A stretch of DNA of 64,000 nucleotides, taken from positions 2,108,072-2,172,071 of the forward strand of contig NC_134034.1 in NCBI RefSeq assembly GCF_964204645.1, read 5' to 3'. This stretch comes from Tubulanus polymorphus (lineage: Eukaryota; Animalia; Nemertea). Position 1 is the stretch's first letter. Each line of letters begins with the position of its first letter. Below the pieces are notes generated by a model. That model saw only the letters and a program-made list of their open reading frames with translations, made no database searches and had not been told where the DNA came from. Of the stretch, positions 37,163-51,022 are shown one piece after another. The position numbers were made by a program, and so were the translations under genes.

Positions 37163-40100
37163 ATGGTGCGGCAAATTCTAATGAACCATCGACGAAAAAT
37201 GTTCCATGTCGTAAGAATAATATGAAATGCCACTTTCAGAGAACAAAAAGAGTTTGATTTGCACGGAGTAATTCGAATTGATTTATTCCAAATAACAAAT
37301 CATTGTTCGGACTCTTTTTATTCTTTTGGGATTTCCTTATAAATGTTTATGATATTTTATGACCGCCTAAAAAGTAATTACATTGTTTCCCTCCATTTAT
37401 ATTATCATCTATAAGCTTATCTATCTTATAATATGGTAAATTATGATAATGTAATTTTGTAGTCTGTTTTGTTATTCTATTTTATTTCGTGTTTGAAATA
37501 TATATTTTATTCAAATTCGACGAATTTGTTGTCAATGGTATTTCGTGTTTTGGTGTACGTATCCGGTGGTGAAGGACTGATTAGGATTGGACTAAAAAGA
37601 CGGTTTTAGACGCTTAGACTCTTTTAGACGGTTGAAAAAATGAATCATTTCAACTTGATTCCAGGTTAACGAAGAGCCTGGACTACGATTCTTTAAACTA
37701 CAGTTGGAAAATCAGTATTTATTGACCGAGTTGTATTGGATCGTTAATGTTGGATGTCTCTGTTTCTCCTCTGAAAAGGATTCGGTCTTTTTATCAAATC
37801 TAGAGGATTCGAACTCACTCGATCCGTTCAACGGCACTGCTTTATTGCCGATCACCGGACGCGTTCACGTTGTTCCACGGAGCTTAAGTAGGAAGTCTCC
37901 GACCGCGAGGAAATTCCTTAATGACGTCACCTTCCACTGATGAGGGGAACCCGGAAATATATATTCACGTTCTACTGATCTTGATTTCACGGTTGTTTGA
38001 TGAAAGAACGCGTAAAGAAAATATTGTCCAGGAATTCGATGATGTCTTCGACTAATAACGATAAGAAATATATTCGCGTGAGTATCTCTTTTGAATAGAA
38101 CCCTGCTGATTTTTGAAATTTGACTGACTGATGGCTGATACGCGGGCGTCACCGACTCCCGAGGCCGTGCACGCGAGCGACGAGCCGAGTTACTACGAGC
38201 AGAAGTAGGGACCACGACCGATCACACAGAGCATGGGACAGGTCCAAAATCAAAAGATTTAGGAAAAATACTCGCGGGTTTGCGATGCTCTTGGCACTGA
38301 CAGTCTTAATTGATAGACTATGACAGACAAGAAAAAAAAATTTGGGCGAAGGTTTTTGATAATATTGGTTCATAAAAGAAGTCCGCAGCAGAAAAGGAGT
38401 CTGTACAAATGCTTTAAGTTATCACGAGTAAACTCTTATGAATGAGAGCTTGATGTTGATCTAATTTTAGATCGACGACGATCATCCTGGTTACCCTTTA
38501 CATTTATTCTGCGTGCCGAAACACTATGAAGATGCTTTAGATCACGTGATGGTACCAGCTGGACTTGTCAATGATAGGTAAATAAACAGGAGGGGGATTT
38601 TCAATAAAAATGTCTCGGGTGAAGCGATGAACACATGTGAAGTGTGGACGATCAGTTTCTGAAAGTGTGCTGATAAAATGTCCAATGCCTGTTGTTTGTA
38701 GTTCATTTTCAATAAAAATGTCTCAGGTGAAGCATTGAACACATGTGAAGCGTGGACGATCAGTTTTTTAAAGTGTGCTGATAAAATGTCTAATCAATAT
38801 TTGTAGTTAATTTTTGATGAAAAATGTCTCATGTGAAGTACTGTACACGGCTTCGATTGACACCCTATTTACGGTTGGGTTATTTTATGCTAGAAAAATT
38901 ACTCCGTGTCTTTATTTAGAATCGAGCGTTTGGCGACCGAAGTGATTACGGCGTTTAACTACGAGCCGATCGTCGCGTTGTGCGTGTTGAAAGGCGGATA
39001 CAAATTCTTCGGTGATCTGCTCGATAAAATCAAACAGATGAACCGCACGATGGACGAATCGATTCCGATCGCCATCGATTTCATTCGGCTGAAAAGTTAC
39101 GTCGTAAGTAGGAAACGATTTCTGAGATAGCGAAAAAAAGTTTAAAAAAAGTGTTCGTCGGTAGCAAAAATACCATAAACCCATAAGAGAGGTTAAAAGT
39201 CGATCCCACAGCACACAAGCAACACCTGGTGGATCCTTGCTTGCCATTAAGTAGAATCCTCTATTGCTGCAGTGGTTGATGTCCTACTGCACACTAGTGA
39301 CACCTGGTGGATCCTCACTTGCCATAAAGTAGAATCCTCTATTGCTGCAGTAGTTGATGTCCTACTGCACACTAGTGACACCTGGTGGATCCTCACTTGC
39401 CATACAGTAGAATCATCTATTGCTGCAGTGGTTGATGTCCTACGGCACACTAGCGACACCTGGTGGATCCTCACTTGCCATAAAGTAAAATCCTCTATTG
39501 CTGCAGTAGTTGATATCCTACTGCACACTAGCGACACCTGGTGGTTCCTCACTTGCCATAAAGTACAATCCTGTATTACTGCAGTAGTTGGGGTTCTACG
39601 GCACACTAGCGACACCTTGTTGATCCTCACTAATCTAAGTCCACGTCTTCACAGATGAATTGAAACCTGTTTTTGTCACAATTTGTTAAACACATGTTCG
39701 ATTTTGTTATCTATATATTTGTACAGGATGATCAGTCGTGTGGGAATGTGGAGGTTATCGGAGGTGACTGTCTCTCAAACTTAACTGGAAAGGTACTGAT
39801 TACTGAAATTTAAAACTTAGTCCAGTGTCAGAAATCCCTGCCACTGTTATTTCACTATTTATACAATAATATTTTAATATATTGATAACTACTATATATG
39901 GTTATTTAAGGTGTGAGTGCATGAGTCAATGTGCACTTTGTCATCAATACTGGCGTTTCGAAATTTAAAATGATAATAATAATAATAATAATGATATTAT
40001 CTAATAATAATGATATTACTTAATGATAATGATGATGTTCACCCTTAGAACGTTTTAGTGGTGGAAGATATCATTGACACCGGCAACACGATGAAATGTC

Positions 40101-41267
40101 TGCTGAACATGTTAGATAAATATAAGCCAAAATCTGTCAAGGTCGCCAGGTAAGTTCATGGCCATGCCGCTTAAGATCATTAGGTCAAGGTCATTAATTT
40201 CTGTGTCCCTTTTGCCTAACGCTCGGGCCAGCTTGAACCGATTTGACTAAACTCCGATGAAAACGAAATAATTTTCCGACTTTTCTTATCCTTTGCTCGA
40301 ATTTGTTTGCTTTGCCCGTCAAAGTTTGTCTGAGGTTATTAAGTGTGGTGTGATATGTAGGTCTATTTTCGCACTGTTCACTCTCATAGCAAGTAATTCA
40401 GAATGTTTTAATATCAGTTAGTTTTTTCTCTCGTCTTCTCTTTTCAGTTTACTCGTCAAACGTACGGATAAAAGTATCGGATACAGACCTGAATGTGAGT
40501 TGGAGCCAGTGTTGCGTGGTGACAGATGAGCAGGGCTGATTTAAGGGGTCACCCGGGTCTTAGCCTTTGTGTTTTGTCAATATAGAGATTGTAAAAACCT
40601 CCACACTCATTCTGCCAAAAATTACATCTTTTTGGGAACTATTTGAGCCTGCCTTTTTCCAATTATTCCAAGTTCAGGGAATGGATGCCAGGAAATTAAA
40701 AAGGTGGGAAGGGGTATCATAACATGTATCGTTGAATGTTTAAAAAAAATTTGTTTTAGATATTGGTTTCGAAGTGCCTGATAAATTTGTGGTTGGCTAC
40801 GCTTTAGACTATAACGAATACTTCAGAGATTTAAGCGTAAGTTAATGAAAAAACGGTCGCTTATCGACGATTCAGTTTCAAACAGAAAACAAATTGCTAA
40901 AGAAAAAACCCAGCGGCTCGTATCGGAGTTGGGATTTAAATCGGCGAAAGTCTGCGCTTACGATCAGAAAATTCGTTATGAAGTCGAAGGATTTGTACTT
41001 TGTCCTGAGTCGGCCTGGTTCGGAGAGTGTAGTAGGATGAGGTTTGCTGTAGATAAATACCGGCCAGAAAAACGTTCCGACAATGGAATCTACGAATGAG
41101 TCGAATTCGTTGAAATTATTTGCAATGTTCTGATAGCAGGTCTCTCCACTTTTTTGCAGCATATATGCGTTATCAACGAACATGGCCGTCAAAAATATGC
41201 GGTTAAAGATGCGGCAGCAGCAGCAGCAGCAGCGACGGCGGCGGCCACCACCACCGAGACAAATTGA
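37163..41267 (+). CDS. HPRT1: Hypoxanthine-guanine phosphoribosyltransferase
   Basis: Exons 38471-38577, 38920-39103, 39727-39792, 40049-40149, 40448-40494, 40760-40836, 41160-41267 ([56 protein letters not shown]). The first coding exon is uncertain; best candidate is 37163-37210 (phase 0, GTAAGA donor). Confidence 0.92.
39212..39630 (+). repeat. 78-bp variant of the double-hairpin repeat in HPRT1 intron
   Basis: About 5 copies; the 78-nt period explains the 26-aa-periodic ORFs on both strands. Confidence 0.92.
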
Positions 41268-43630
41268 AGAATCGACAAGAATAGATACAATAGTAGTAAT
41301 AAACCGTGTGCCAAATATCCAGCATATGGTCGCGTTTATCTTTGATTATACTAATGAAAACTTCAAATCAAATAGACAAGTGAAGTAGTGAACATTTGCA
41401 GGGTCCGATCTTAGCACGAGTCTGATTACCCGGGACAATGAAAGTCAACCCCCGATATACCGCCCACATCGGTGCAGAGCGGTTTTGGCGGTATAGAGAG
41501 TATGGCGGTATATCGGGGATGTTTTGCTATGTCTTTGTATTGAGATGTACATTGAGAAAACCTGGCGATAGGCGGGGGTGGTGGTATATGGGATGGCGGT
41601 AATCGACTATTAAATATTTTCTCATTATGGGAAGTAGGGATAGGTTATCATTATCACTTATTATCACTTATAGTTTATTTGCATGTCTCGGCAGTTTTCC
41701 CAATCGATACAACGGACGGTTGTGCCGCCTGTCGACTGTCTGTGTAGGTGACGTAGATTATCGTGACTTTTATTCTTCAGATCAGACCCTGCATTTGTAA
41801 GTTTCACAATCGAGTTGTTAAGATATAAGATAAGACGTGGCTTTATTGGGGCGCCACCTTCCGTCTGGTGTGTGTCGACCCGTGATAGGCCACAGGTGGG
41901 GGCTACACTTGCACCCTTGACTCCATTCGAATACACCGAAAAAAAATATGCGTAGATTTATTGAAAAAATCAATGAAACGGGTCGATATGATTCTAAAAC
42001 CAGTAAATGTATTTAAATGTAAAGATGACGGGTGCCCGTTCGAAAATTCGTAGAAATATTCTTTTTTCTGGACGGGTGCCCGTGCTGATTGCTCGTTGCA
42101 ATAATCTGTTGATGGGGATCGGGGTAATTTTGTTCCGGCGCTTGTTGTTACATTCCATGATAATGTATAATTTGCAAAAGTCTCTTGGCTCGGTGACGTC
42201 ACGAAAAACAACCCTTCGCGTATACGATCTAGTCGGCCGGTGTCGTCTGTTTTGGTTTGAACCGATATTTCAGTGACTACTGTGCGCGAAACTTTCGATC
42301 ACTTCTCACAATAATACGGTCCACAATTTGATTCCCAAAATGATTAAAACCGCGACTTCGCGCCGCATTTTCGGTTCCGACCGTTTATTGGTTGATCGCG
42401 CGTCGCGTATTTTGTGATGTCACACAAGGCTTAACTGACTCGCTTTCAATATTGTAATTGAATAATGTTTTTGGTATAAAACCACCGCTATTAAGTGTCA
42501 AAATGATCTCGAATCGATTACTCATTCGTTAATTAGCTTTAATTGATTAGTTTTAAATAACAATAATCTCGAGATGTTAGTGCATATATAAATAGACATT
42601 AGTCCTTACTCGGTGTTGAGCAAATTTGGGAACGATGTGTGGCCCCGATTCTGTATTTGGTGAATTATTCCGACTCTAACGCTACCTTCCTTGTCCGCTA
42701 CCTTGTTCCCTATTTTACTCACTTTACCGAGTAAGGCCGATTTTTACGTAACGTTTACGTAAAACCCGGTCGCATAAAAAAGAAAAACAACTGTAAATCT
42801 GTTTTTTTTTTCATCGTGGCGACACCTATTGTTAAGAAACATCTGTTTAAAGAAGTATTAAAATAATGAAAAATGGATTTTAGTTTGAATAGGGATTGTG
42901 TGTGTGTTAGTTTTAGCGAACAGATTCCCTGACTGCGGGTTTCGAACCTGATATAGTATATTGTTGTGTACGTCGCTCGTCCCAGTGTGATATCATCCTG
43001 AAGCTTCGGCAGAAAATGACGATCAACTCGGATGTTGCACGATGATGTTACGATAAAGCTGTATTTTCGATACGCCCCACGACGATGGTGTCCCTTCTTC
43101 ATCCCTAAACCACGTGACATATGTTGATTTATGGATAACAGTATGGAGATGGCCCGGGCACTCAGCCCATCCTCGCTTACCAGGGTTTGATTGCCCGCCT
43201 GCCGGAGCTCACGCGAAAACAAGCCCTGGATCGATCTAACACGAATCGATGTTGGGGTGGAACAATAAAACACGATGCTGTTTGCGGAAATTGATAACAA
43301 AAGTAGGAACGGGCAGATATTTTCCAACAAAGTTCACCATTCTTCAGATTCCGACTTTATTGCATCTCAATGCGGCAAACTTTGCACCAGAACTTCGTTT
43401 ATTGATTTGGAATTACAACAAAATGCAGTGCATTTTTACAATATGCTGGGGAGGAGCTCGAGACCTTGGGATTATGTTTTTTTGATATTAGTGTGCTACC
43501 TGTGGTCCCTCGATCCGTTCCTGGGATTCCCGTCAATCTGAATGCGTGGGAATCCTTTGTAGAAACTGAAATATGATAAAGACGCATTTTTTCTATAAAT
43601 AACAACAGATTTTATTTAGATGAGGTCAAG

Positions 43631-46583
43631 CTAATTCTTTTCAGCTTTCGGGACGAAATAATCTTGTTGACCGAGTGGTTTCGAATGGTCGAACACGTTC
43701 CTCTTTTCCTGAACAATTCGTTTTCTCCTGACGACATGTTCATCATCGTCATTTTCATCGTCGACATCGCCATCGTTCGCTTCATTCTCCTCCTCGTCAC
43801 TAGGCGGCGCTGTAAGCACAGACGCTTCCGCTTGCGTGATGAAAAAACTAGGTTTCTCAAAGTCCGTAGCGGTGTCCTCGGTGACGTCATCAACAATAGC
43901 TTCGTCGTCAGCGACAGCAGGTGGCGTTGGTTCAGGCGACGACTCGTTCTCGTCCACCAAAGGTCGTTCCGGTGACGAAGCGACTGCGTATCTAGTAATT
44001 ACATCGCGCATTATTTCGTAATTAGTACGCAGCAGTTCGTGCGATTTCTCGAGGTCGCGGCGATTGAGCTTTTTCTCCGTCAGGTTTCGGGTGAGGTCGT
44101 TTATTTTCGCTTGCACGTGATCTGTGAATCGGATGAAATTGGGCCGCACTTCCAGCTCGACGTGGTAGTCGCGTTCTAGAATATCGAATTGATATTTCAA
44201 CAGTTTGAAATGTTGATACTTCTCGATCATGTCGACTTCGATATTTCGAAGTTCCATGCACAGATCGTTGTATCGACTGGTTCCCTGTACGGTGTTTTCG
44301 ATCTCGATTTTCAAGTCTTCGCGACGTTTCACGACCGAGTTGTAATCTTTCTGCGCGCGCGTTTTCCGATCGACCAGATCGGTGCAGTTCTTATCCAACG
44401 AATCGACTCTGTTCTCGCGTTTTCGTAAAGTCGTCAAATCGTTCTCGTAAACCAAAAGAACGTGCTCGTCTTTGCGAATATCGTCGTTCGCCTTTTTGAT
44501 GCGCGATTTCAGAAGCTTCATTTTTCGATCGAACTCGATCTGGGCGGTTCGAGCCCCGGCGAGCGGCGTGTCGTAGACGATATCGGCCAGCGTCCACCAG
44601 GTTCGCGCCAGTTCGAGCGATTTGTGACACTTGACGAACACGTCGAAAACCACCCGGAAAACCGGCTCGAAATGCGCCACGTCCTTGAACTGGATCAGAT
44701 CGTGCACGCTGTCCTCATCGAAACTTCTGTAGTCGATTTCTTCCTCGGATAAAACCGCGTCCCAATTTCTATTCACCGTGTTCAATTTTCGAACTACGAA
44801 TAATAGTTTTTGTTTTTCCTGAATTTTGTTCGGCGGCCCTTCTACCGTCGTTTCGGAACCGAGGCTCGCGCTGGCGGCGGCGGCGGCAGCTCCAGATGAC
44901 GGGCTATTTTTCTTCGCGCGCGAATACTTGTCGTAATACGACGCGGTTTTGATCGGCGATTCGTCCGCGTCGCTACGCATCGACGACGAATGACCGCTGT
45001 CTACGAAATCATCGGTTTCATCATCGTTCGCGTCATCGTTATCCGACGAATAGATGAGCAAATCGAGGTCAGTCGGGTCGTAGAAATACTCGTACAAACA
45101 ACAATAGATTCTTTCGTCGAAATATGTTTTCAGTTTCTTCAAAAACTGCAAATCTTTGAACAGATTCCGGAAGTAACGAATCACGTGGTCGACCTCCTCT
45201 TTTTGAATGCCTTTCCGTTTAGTTTCGTCCAAGGTCGCCACCAGGTGGCGCAGTTGTTTGAACGAGACGATTCTGTTATTGTTGGGCAGCAGGGGTTTGT
45301 GGGTGATTCTGGCGCCGCGCATGTTCGGTACGCCTCGCGTTAGTGTCTGTAGCATGCGATAGAGGGCGTCGCCGGATATTTTGTTGACGGCGTGTCGCGT
45401 CAGTTTCTCGAAGGCGCGGATTTGTTTTTGTAGGTTGTCGTGTTGTCGCAGACGGCTCGCTCCCGTCATGTCTTCTGGCCGTGTCTGAAAGATATGTAAA
45501 TGAATTATATTATATGAAAAATGGAAATAGGCATGTAGTAAGCCCAGCCTTATTTATTTATCATACAAAACGTAGAAATAAATGCACAGGTTTACAAAGA
45601 TAATGAGATAATGAAACTGACAAAAAGAAGAAGAAAAAAAGAAAACCTAAGATATTACAAAAATTACAAATAAATTGAAACCGGATAACGTAATCGTTTT
45701 ACAAACAATACAGGATGAAAAAAACGTCAACAGAGATTTCAAATTTCAAGTCTTAGAGTATAGCGTTAGGTCCTAAATATTCTCACTGCTTTGAGAATCA
45801 GGCAGCGTTCTGTTTCACCCCTTGCTTTTGTTATCTTTCACTCATTTATATTGTCACTGGCTCCACTTCAGATTCGCTTGTCTTTGATAGTTATCCCCTA
45901 GTTTGCTTTGTAACTGTTCTACGACGTAATACCCCTAGTTTGCTTCGATTCTAATTACTTAAATTGTCTCTTTGGTCTCGATGGCTTGTATACCATATAT
46001 CTCATATTTTATCTCACTCAGTATTCCTCAAGATGCCTAATAGATCGTAGTCGAAACGTTGAATGAATAAATTCATAGCTTTTCGGACTCAATCTTCCGT
46101 AATATCAATTAGAATTTTTTTTATATCGTTACGTAACACGGAATAGTTTTTCACCGATGTTTAGCGTTAATCTGTAGATCTATTTCACCTAGTCGCATCA
46201 ACTTGCACGCTTTGCCAAGATGAGTGCTGCCGAGTTTGGAAGAGTCTGTAACTAGACCTAGAGTGAGATACCCGATGTTGGTTAAACCATTGAGTCAAAA
46301 CAATAATAAAAACATTAGTGTTCAACTAATTTTGGCCCCGGATAAAATACACGGCAAGAAGCTTATTGTCAATATGTCTGTTGTCCATCCTGGGCACTTC
46401 ATACCAACCGCTTTTAGCAACAGCCCCTGTAGTTTCACAAGATAACATTGGAACTTTCAATAAACTTATTTCTAACACTGATTTCATGATTATTGTAAAT
46501 GAATTTATAAAACCCACCGAAATTTCTCCAGCATCGAAATTCCCCTCGTCGTCGACGGTCGCCAAAACCTCCTCGAAATCCAT
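43631..46583 (-). CDS. Uncharacterised ~639-aa protein with long coiled coil and acidic C-terminal tail (2 exons)
   Basis: Exon 46583-46518 (MDFEEVLATVDDEGNFDAGEIS, phase-0 GT) joins in frame to the acceptor at 45485 and the 45484-43631 open frame; codon style resembles neighbouring host exons. No family recognised. Confidence 0.8.
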
Positions 46584-48853
46584 TTTATTATTCGACAGAT
46601 CGATACCGAATAGTTATCGGATGCGTTTATCCTATAATCCGGCGATAATCCCATACGAAAGAAACCGCACCGTTGAGGTATTTTTACCGCACTAACTCGT
46701 CGTCTCGGAGTGGATCTATGGTTACTATGGTAAAATCCCCGCTAACCATGATTGATCGGCTAAAATGATCCGCGAATACCGAAAATGATTTTGATGAATT
46801 GTTTGTTGAAAGAATTGAGGTCAAATACTCAACTCGTAAGCCAACAAAACAGCAGTATGCAATTTAAAGTTTAAATGTTCTTTGTGACAGTCCACATTAT
46901 CGATTCCTCCCTTGGGATGTTTAGAAATCGCTTGCGAAATGAAACGTACGTTTCCTAGCAACCACCGCCATTTTTATGATGACTGTGCGCATGGACCACG
47001 ATTTATCGACTATGATCGTAATTAGTGTCTTCGCAACAGTCTCATAGAATCGGTTTTGAAAAAGAAAACCGTATCAAAAGTGGATCACCGTCCATCCTAT
47101 GTCTAAGTCTGCCGTCTTTTGTATTAGCTGCCGAGATTAACATATCCGTCAATTTCCAGCTATCTAATCCAATCTAAACATTTTCAAATCGATGAAGCAG
47201 ACAGTATTTTAGAGTGCGGCGCAAAAATCGATCCAAACACACGTACCACGCGCGCTGGCGAATTTTTACGTTTTCTCCCATTAACACTTGATCCTATAAA
47301 TTTGGTTTTACTCGTTATATATCACATGTACAAGCGTGTTTACACTGTTGGTATGATATGTCACAGGTTATAAGAAGCCGAGAGGAGTCGCATAGCTTAC
47401 AGTCGGTAGTGCGAGAAGTGTGCCGTACTACCTGCATGTCTGTATGTGTGTATAAACAAATAATCGTGTCAAAAATCAGGTCAAGCAATGAACATTAGAC
47501 ATCGCCTTTCAAACCGAGGACTCGCGGCAAATAATCAGGTAGTCAACAAACGTTTAAAACCAGTTTTTTTTTTCATTTTCGAATTTCTGTTGTTCAATTT
47601 GACGTCTTTCTTGTACACGCTAGCTGTGGTGAAATTACATACGCGAACCCCGTGTTCGTGAAGTTTCGATTCTGATTTCGGAAGTAGTATTTTCAAGAAA
47701 ACAAATTAGCGGAATTTTGAGAGGAATTAAACCGGCAAAACTGTAGAACGGGATCAGTTAAATCATCTGCAGAAACGGGATTTGTAGTTAAATTTGGAAC
47801 TGGTAAAATTAAACCCATACAACTGTGGAACTGGATCCAGAGTCAGGTTAAATCCACACAAATGTGGAACTGGATTCAGAGTCAAATTAAACCCACAACT
47901 GTGGAACTAGATCCCAGGTCAAATAAAACCCGCACAACTGTGGAACTGAACCCAAAGTCAAATCAAACCTACACAACTGCGTATTTGGCACCAGACTAAA
48001 ATAAATTAGTTTTGATGGTGAAATCGAAAGCACCTAACCGTTGAATCGGTGTCGGATACTTACGTAATGTATTTTGAATAAATCGTCGTATGAAATGAAC
48101 GACTCTTTTACGTAAGTTTTACTGCGATCTCGTAGCAATTCAGTCGACGAAGTTCCCATCTTCATTTCTCTCCCGAAGCGTATTTCAGATCATTAGAAAG
48201 ACGACTGAAAAGAGAACAGAAGTATAAGTATATGCTCTTGTTAGTCTACAATATAGTGTATTTGAAATTATCAAAGTTTCAGTGTTGGCATCCTTGCTGT
48301 TGTATCAGAATTATATATCACATCTAACGATAAATATTGTATCGTAAACTCTCTTAGTTTATCTCTGTAACATTTTGATTATTGTTAATTCATTCAGAAA
48401 TAAAGATGACGTGAATGTAAAATGTAAATTTGTTAACGGCGGCCATGTTTTGTCGTTAGCCGGTTCAGTGACTCTTCTGATGACGACGGTTACAAACGCC
48501 ACGATGAAGTGTCGCATCTAAATTCAACTTTTCTAGTATATTTTGTTATCTTTTTTTCGTATTTTCAGAGATTGAAAACGACCAGGCAGATATTTGGCAG
48601 ATCATCATATTCATCCTGGAATGTGAATGTGTACGGGTCAATGCGGAATTTTTGAATTCGAATTTAAGTTTAATTAATCATTCTATTCATTCCATCTTTA
48701 TTCCGCCGATGACCATCTGGTAAGAAGCCCTCTAATCCGTTCACTTCATCGATGAAACCTGTGTTCGTCATAGATACCTCGCCGCGTGTGCTTGCCGCAG
48801 GAGAGGTGGCGATCGGTATCAGACTATTGAACTATATATGTATATCAAACACT

Positions 48854-49200
48854 ACGACAATTGATTTGAATATCGATTTCATCAATGATACTCGACTACA
48901 CGCGCTTACCGCGATGGCCCGCAAATGGAAATATCGCCTGATAGATCCACCATAAATACTGGTAAAATTGCGCTAGACGCGGTTACCCAAACCAACTGCA
49001 GCGAAGGCGTTTGCTTTATAGACTACATATATATTTTCATTTTCGTTAATCACAATGCAAGGAAGGAGGTGAACCAGCAATAATTTAGATTACTTTACAG
49101 TTGAAAGTATTGATTGTTCATCCAATATGTTACAGTGCATCCTAAGATTTTACAACGGTTTTAACTTAAGCGATGGGGTTTGCTCATTTCTGAGAACCTG
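48854..49200 (+). repeat. ~347-bp segment directly repeated at 58304-58648, bracketing the GPCR gene
   Basis: Near-identical from ACGACAATT to GAGAACCTG, with a 2-bp indel and a few substitutions. Confidence 0.95.
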
Positions 49201-51022
49201 CACCCGCGGGCTCAAAATGAATACAAAAAAATTCAAGGGTTCAAGTTAAGACTGATCTATAAAAACCTAGTCCATACTCAGGCACAGGGTTAAAACTAAA
49301 ACTTACACCCATGGTTAAAGTTGAAATTGGTCAATCCGGCTATATAACCCCAGGCTATATAGTTCAGATGAATTTTTAAAACTGACTCAAGCCTTTCTAA
49401 GCATATATACATCTAGTCTTGTTCTCTTTACGTACCTTCGTCAAAAAAAGTTCACTGATGCATTTCAATTCCATTTTAAAATTCATCAATAGCCAAAACT
49501 ATCAGTTAGTCGCCATTTTAAACACGGGCCGATTACTAAATACATGATGACCTTTTATGAACTATGTTTATTGGAATTGATCAATATTGCCTACTGACGA
49601 TATCCATGTTGGCAGCGACCCACGTCACAATAAAGCTTTTTCGGATACACACCAACTAACAAAAATTTCAGACGAATCCAGGACGGTCTCCAAAAATGGT
49701 CGACAGCCTAATCTTGCAGACTCGGTTGATTATTATATGCTTGGTGTTAGGCAAATTCAAATCCATTTTTTGGTTTATCGACGTCGGTATTCATCCATTA
49801 GGCGAATTATCTTCATGGCGAACATTTTTTGAAAAGTAACGCTCGATCATTTTCAGGTGATTTCGATAATCCGACTTTCGGGCTCTCAATAAAATGCCGG
49901 CTTTTGTTCGATTATGCACAGGTTGTATGATATTACACAGGTAGCCTCAACGCTGCTGCAGTTACGGGAATGCGGCGTCTCTTTCTCGCGCGGTTTCTGT
50001 GACAACCAACTACAGGAACGTAATATACTCCTCCTAGAGCGGGGTATTGCGTGGTGTAGGTAGTCTAGGCTCGATCAGTATAAGCAAATGTTCAGAAAAG
50101 CGATATATTTTAGAACGTTCGCTTTCAAATAGCGTGTGACAGTTTAATGGGGAAAAATCAACGCGAGTGATTAATCGGCACCGCATTCTGTAGACTAATA
50201 AAATTCGAATCTTGTTCTAATTGGGAACCTTCAAAACCTCACAGGTTATTGATGATTCCATTTGACGAATGAGGAGCCTCCAGGCGTCGCTAGTGTACAG
50301 TAGGACACTACTGGAGTTTGTTTGCATATGAATTTACACTGACCATTGATGTCTGAAAGCCTTTAGCCATTTTTGCCGTGTCCAACTCGTTCATACTCGT
50401 TTTGAATCGGAAGTAATTGATATAGGTTAGTTCCTTGACCCATGACTCCAATAAAAGTCGAATTACAAGCGTTGATAAGCATTAATATTGCAGCTGACCA
50501 TTTGCCTTTCTTTTTTGGCGAAAAATGATTGAACTTGAACCGACGTTCTGCGCGAACCAATAGCCAAAAAACCATACCTGCTATATGCCCTCAATGAAAA
50601 AGGAAATATTCAAAACTCACAAAGGAACAGTTACGACATGCTCGCTATGTGTGGCATATGACCAACAGCAGTTGCGCAACTCGGCAAGGCGCTAATCGCA
50701 AGGCAGCATCTAAAACCGCTTTCAATAATTTCTAACGTTTAAACGCGCAACTCGAAACATCCTATACCTGCAAATGAAATAGTAGTTTTAACGAATCTAT
50801 TTGAGTGAAAAGTCGACGTGAAGGTACATATTTTCAACGCAGGTAATTACGCGAAAAAAGTGAAAGAACATTTTTTTAAAAGAAATAATTGTAGAAGCAA
50901 CGAAGTATATATTTATCTTGAATTTCGTGATTGGACGAACTGTAATTCGTGTTGATTGGTTATTCAGACGAAAGAAAACTCAAACGTGAGCTGTACCTTA
51001 CAGATTGCGCTCATTCGGTCGT

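Noticed and set aside
39247-39658. 127/128-aa ORFs on both strands with 26-aa periodicity
   Set aside because: Arise from the 78-bp repeat variant inside an HPRT1 intron; 77-bp copies elsewhere do not keep frame.
40845-41099. 84-aa ORF inside the last HPRT1 intron
   Set aside because: No motif or splice support.
42755-43330. 191-aa minus-strand ORF
   Set aside because: No recognisable domain; overlaps an interspersed repeat also seen near 57680 and probably lies in 3' UTR or intergenic sequence.
46020-46065. Penelope-type hammerhead ribozyme-like motif (CTCAAGATGCC...GTCGAAACGT)
   Set aside because: The core reads CTCAAGA rather than CTGANGA and the stems are weak; at most a dead remnant.
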